A stretch of 64,000 nucleotides of DNA from Dehalococcoidia bacterium (GTDB taxonomy: Bacteria; Chloroflexota; Dehalococcoidia; Lucifugimonadales; UBA3495): assembly GCA_963666865.1 (NCBI GenBank), contig OY763072.1, positions 842,572 through 906,571 on the forward strand, given 5' to 3'. Position numbers and translations under genes: made by a program. The notes under the pieces are model-generated. The model ran no database searches and was not told where the DNA came from. It was given only the letters and a program-made list of their open reading frames with translations. Numbering within the stretch: the first letter of the stretch is position 1; every line of letters starts with the position of its first letter. Shown in pieces: positions 61,645 to 64,000 of this stretch.

Positions 61645-63336
61645 TCACTCTGGAGGAAACAGCTCGTCAATCTCCCGCTGGATCCGCTCGGCGTCCGTTT
61701 CGTCCAGCACGGGTACGCCGGCCACACCAGTGCCGGGCGCCATGTCCGCGTAGAATGCCTCGTCGTAGTCCCGGGGGCGCACCACCACGGGCATGGGTAC
61801 GGCGTGGCCGAACACCAGCGCCTGCTGTTTGCTATCCAGGCGAGCCAGCACATTGCGGAGCTGGCCGGCGTCCCGCGCCCCCATCAGGACGGCGTTCAGA
61901 TCTCGGTCGTCGTTCAGGGCGCAGGACAGGCGGGTTCCCAGCTGGCTCATCACCTCGGAGTCGATGCCGCTGGGCCGTTGGTCAACGATCATCAGCGTGA
62001 CGTTGTACTTCCGCAGTTCCCTGGCGATGGCGCCAAAAATGGTTTGCGAAGCGATGCCCGGCGTGAGGAACTTGTGGGCCTCCTCGACGAATATCACCAA
62101 CGGGCGCGGTTCGTCTCCCTGCCCGCCGTCGGCCAATTCCTTGCGGCGCACCCAGGTGTCGTGTATCCGACGGGTCAGCAGGTTGCTGACCAGCACGTAG
62201 GCTGAGGTGTCGCGTCCGTACTGACCGAATTCCAGAACCACGTGGTTGCCCCGCTCCAACTGCTCGATGATGCCGCCGGCGCTGGCGGCGCCCTGGCCGC
62301 TTTCGGACAGAAAACCGAAGCGGCCCCACCGGGTCAGACGGTTGTGCAACGCGCCCAACGCCGCCCGGTTCACTCCGATGTCGGCTGCCAGATCCCCAAG
62401 GTCGGCAGCGCCGTGACCGACAAACTCGCTCAGCCAGCCGGCGCCGAAACGCTGCCGCAGGTTCCACGCTGCCGACGCTGCCACCTCGGACAACTGCAAC
62501 GATTCGCGCAAAATCTCAATATCGGACGGCTCCACTTCGTCATGGCCGATGCGCACAACGCCGTCGGGCGTAACCCCCCGTCGCCGGCTGCTCGCCTCGT
62601 CCAGGGTGAAAGTAACCACCCGGCTGGGGAAGAGCTGCTTCAATCCCTTTACTTGACGCCGGCGGTCGTTGTCCTGACCCTGCCAGCCGTATTCGCTTTC
62701 CATGTCAAAGACCAGCGACACCGCCTGGCCCTGTTTCACCAGCCCGGCCAGCAACATCCGGGCGAGGAACGTCTTTCCCGAACCCGATGCGCCGAACACG
62801 CCCACCGACCGGCTGGCCAGTGTCCCCAGATCCAGCCGAATGGACGCCGCGTCCATCCCTTGCGGCGAACCCAGGGCGAATGCGCTGTTCCGCTCCGCGT
62901 TGAACACGGCGTCAATGTCGGCCTGGGACGCGGCGAAGACGGGGGCGAAGTGTTCCGGTATCGACTTGGCCGGCTCGGCAAGACTTGCGCCGGAGCCATC
63001 CAGCCCAGCGGTCATGCTGGGCATCACCGACAGCTGCCCGTAAGCCATGGTACCGGCCATTACCTCGGCGATGTAACCGTCTGGTGTGTCCGGCGGGAAA
63101 TGACGCACGCTGTCGTCCACCGCGCGCAGCTCCAAGTCGGTCACCACGGCAAAGTACCGCCTCCGCCGACCCTGGACTGTTACGAACGAACCGACGGCGA
63201 TATCCTCAAGGGATGCGCCGCTAACCGTGTCGAGGCGAACGTCCAGCCCCCGGGACAGGGAACCGCCCACCACCATCCCCAAATGGCGCTGGCCATGGGC
63301 AATATATCCTTTGGACCTGTCACCGTTCAGAGTCAA
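61645..63336 (-). CDS. HerA/FtsK-like (DUF87) ATPase with N-terminal HAS-barrel
   Basis: 563 aa; Walker A GASGSGKT, Walker B-like VIFVEEAHKF, IVDQRPS. N-terminal barrel-like GMVVGGSLSRGLDVRL...GSFVTVQG..RYFAVVTDL. Confidence 0.75.
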   Translation of the reverse strand: MTLNGDRSKGYIAHGQRHLGMVVGGSLSRGLDVRLDTVSGASLEDIAVGSFVTVQGRRRRYFAVVTDLELRAVDDSVRHFPPDTPDGYIAEVMAGTMAYGQLSVMPSMTAGLDGSGASLAEPAKSIPEHFAPVFAASQADIDAVFNAERNSAFALGSPQGMDAASIRLDLGTLASRSVGVFGASGSGKTFLARMLLAGLVKQGQAVSLVFDMESEYGWQGQDNDRRRQVKGLKQLFPSRVVTFTLDEASSRRRGVTPDGVVRIGHDEVEPSDIEILRESLQLSEVAASAAWNLRQRFGAGWLSEFVGHGAADLGDLAADIGVNRAALGALHNRLTRWGRFGFLSESGQGAASAGGIIEQLERGNHVVLEFGQYGRDTSAYVLVSNLLTRRIHDTWVRRKELADGGQGDEPRPLVIFVEEAHKFLTPGIASQTIFGAIARELRKYNVTLMIVDQRPSGIDSEVMSQLGTRLSCALNDDRDLNAVLMGARDAGQLRNVLARLDSKQQALVFGHAVPMPVVVRPRDYDEAFYADMAPGTGVAGVPVLDETDAERIQREIDELFPPE

Positions 63337-63926
63337 GCCGATACTTCCCTTAGCAACGCTTGCAGCCTCAGCGGTTCGCTGGACAATTCGCCGGCCAGTG
63401 CCCTACCGGCTCGCGTCAAAAAGCCGCGCCTGTCGTCAACCGAGTTCGCCGCCCGGCGTAGGAATAACGCCAGCGCCGTGTCCCCGGCCGGCGTGCGGTC
63501 GGCCAACATCAGCCGAAGCCATCGCAGGTCGGAGGCGAATGCCGCCAGTTCAGTACGGTCGCAAGTAAAAACGAAAGAGTGCAATCCGGGAGGTTGATCG
63601 GGCAGGCCCGGTCGCGGGTCCATTCTATCGCTATATCCCACCACCACTGCCGCAAACCTGGTGGTCAGCATGGCGCTCAGCTGCGGATTGGCGGCGTAGA
63701 TTTCGTCTTCAGACTCCAACGCTTCTCCCCGGGGCGCCAGCGGTCGGGTCGGGTCCAGGGGTTCGTGCCGGATTTCCCGGACTACCGCATATATCGGAGG
63801 CTCGCCAACACGAAGCAACGCTCCCAAAGGCGGCGCCCCGTGCAGCCGGTAACACTGTGCCTCAATCCGCTGGGTATGCGATACCATGACCTCGCCCACC
63901 CGTTGCGCTATTTGATTTTCGAGCAT
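63333..63926 (-). CDS. hypothetical protein co-translated with the HerA-like ATPase
   Basis: 197 aa. 4-nt overlap with the ATPase start. The N-terminus (VGEVMVSHTQRIEAQCYRL...GALLRVGEPPIYAVVREI) also looks like a small beta-barrel. Not NurA-sized. Confidence 0.5.
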   Translation of the reverse strand: MLENQIAQRVGEVMVSHTQRIEAQCYRLHGAPPLGALLRVGEPPIYAVVREIRHEPLDPTRPLAPRGEALESEDEIYAANPQLSAMLTTRFAAVVVGYSDRMDPRPGLPDQPPGLHSFVFTCDRTELAAFASDLRWLRLMLADRTPAGDTALALFLRRAANSVDDRRGFLTRAGRALAGELSSEPLRLQALLREVSA

Positions 63927-64000
63927 GGCGGGATTTTAGCACGGCACAGAGCGGCTACGTCAGGGCAATCGCATCATAGCCTACCCCATCGTCACTCCGG

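Overview
High-GC bacterial chromosome segment. It is probably Chloroflexota, judging from a YYY/DUF2298 membrane protein, a Uma2 endonuclease inside an operon, and GTAGGGGCGACC-type REP hairpins. The backbone is housekeeping: rnc, ftsY, ligA, ugd, one tRNA, pncB, a fused etfB-etfA, 2-oxoacid dehydrogenase E1a/E1b/E2 plus lipB, an EF-G paralogue, an acyl-CoA mutase, tyrS, ribF and panC. Visibly lower-GC islets interrupt it: a type II R-M pair, a CBS-HEPN gene, a UDG-like gene, an MmeI-like type IIL enzyme, two small HEPN-like two-gene cassettes and hicAB. There are seven IS copies or remnants from four families (IS701-like x2, IS1182-like x2, IS5-like x2, ISAs1 x1), most of them nested between 52.6 and 59.8 kb. 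Several genes are decayed: a katG relic, a large surface protein, a GAF-PAS-wHTH regulator, Fic and hicB. Two signals stand out. (1) Two thiol-oxidoreductase genes, one DsbA-like and one ferredoxin-thioredoxin-reductase-like, each carry an in-frame TGA exactly where the active-site Cys is expected, keep an open frame to a natural gene end, and have a hairpin at the same distance downstream; both are candidate selenoproteins. (2) A 15-nt interrupted palindrome, TCCGCC-N3-GGCGGA, occurs 15 times, 14 of them inside transposase ORFs of three different IS families, and often exactly where the frame breaks. No rRNA genes or CRISPR arrays were seen. All calls come from reading the ORF translations and the sequence by eye; no searches were run.
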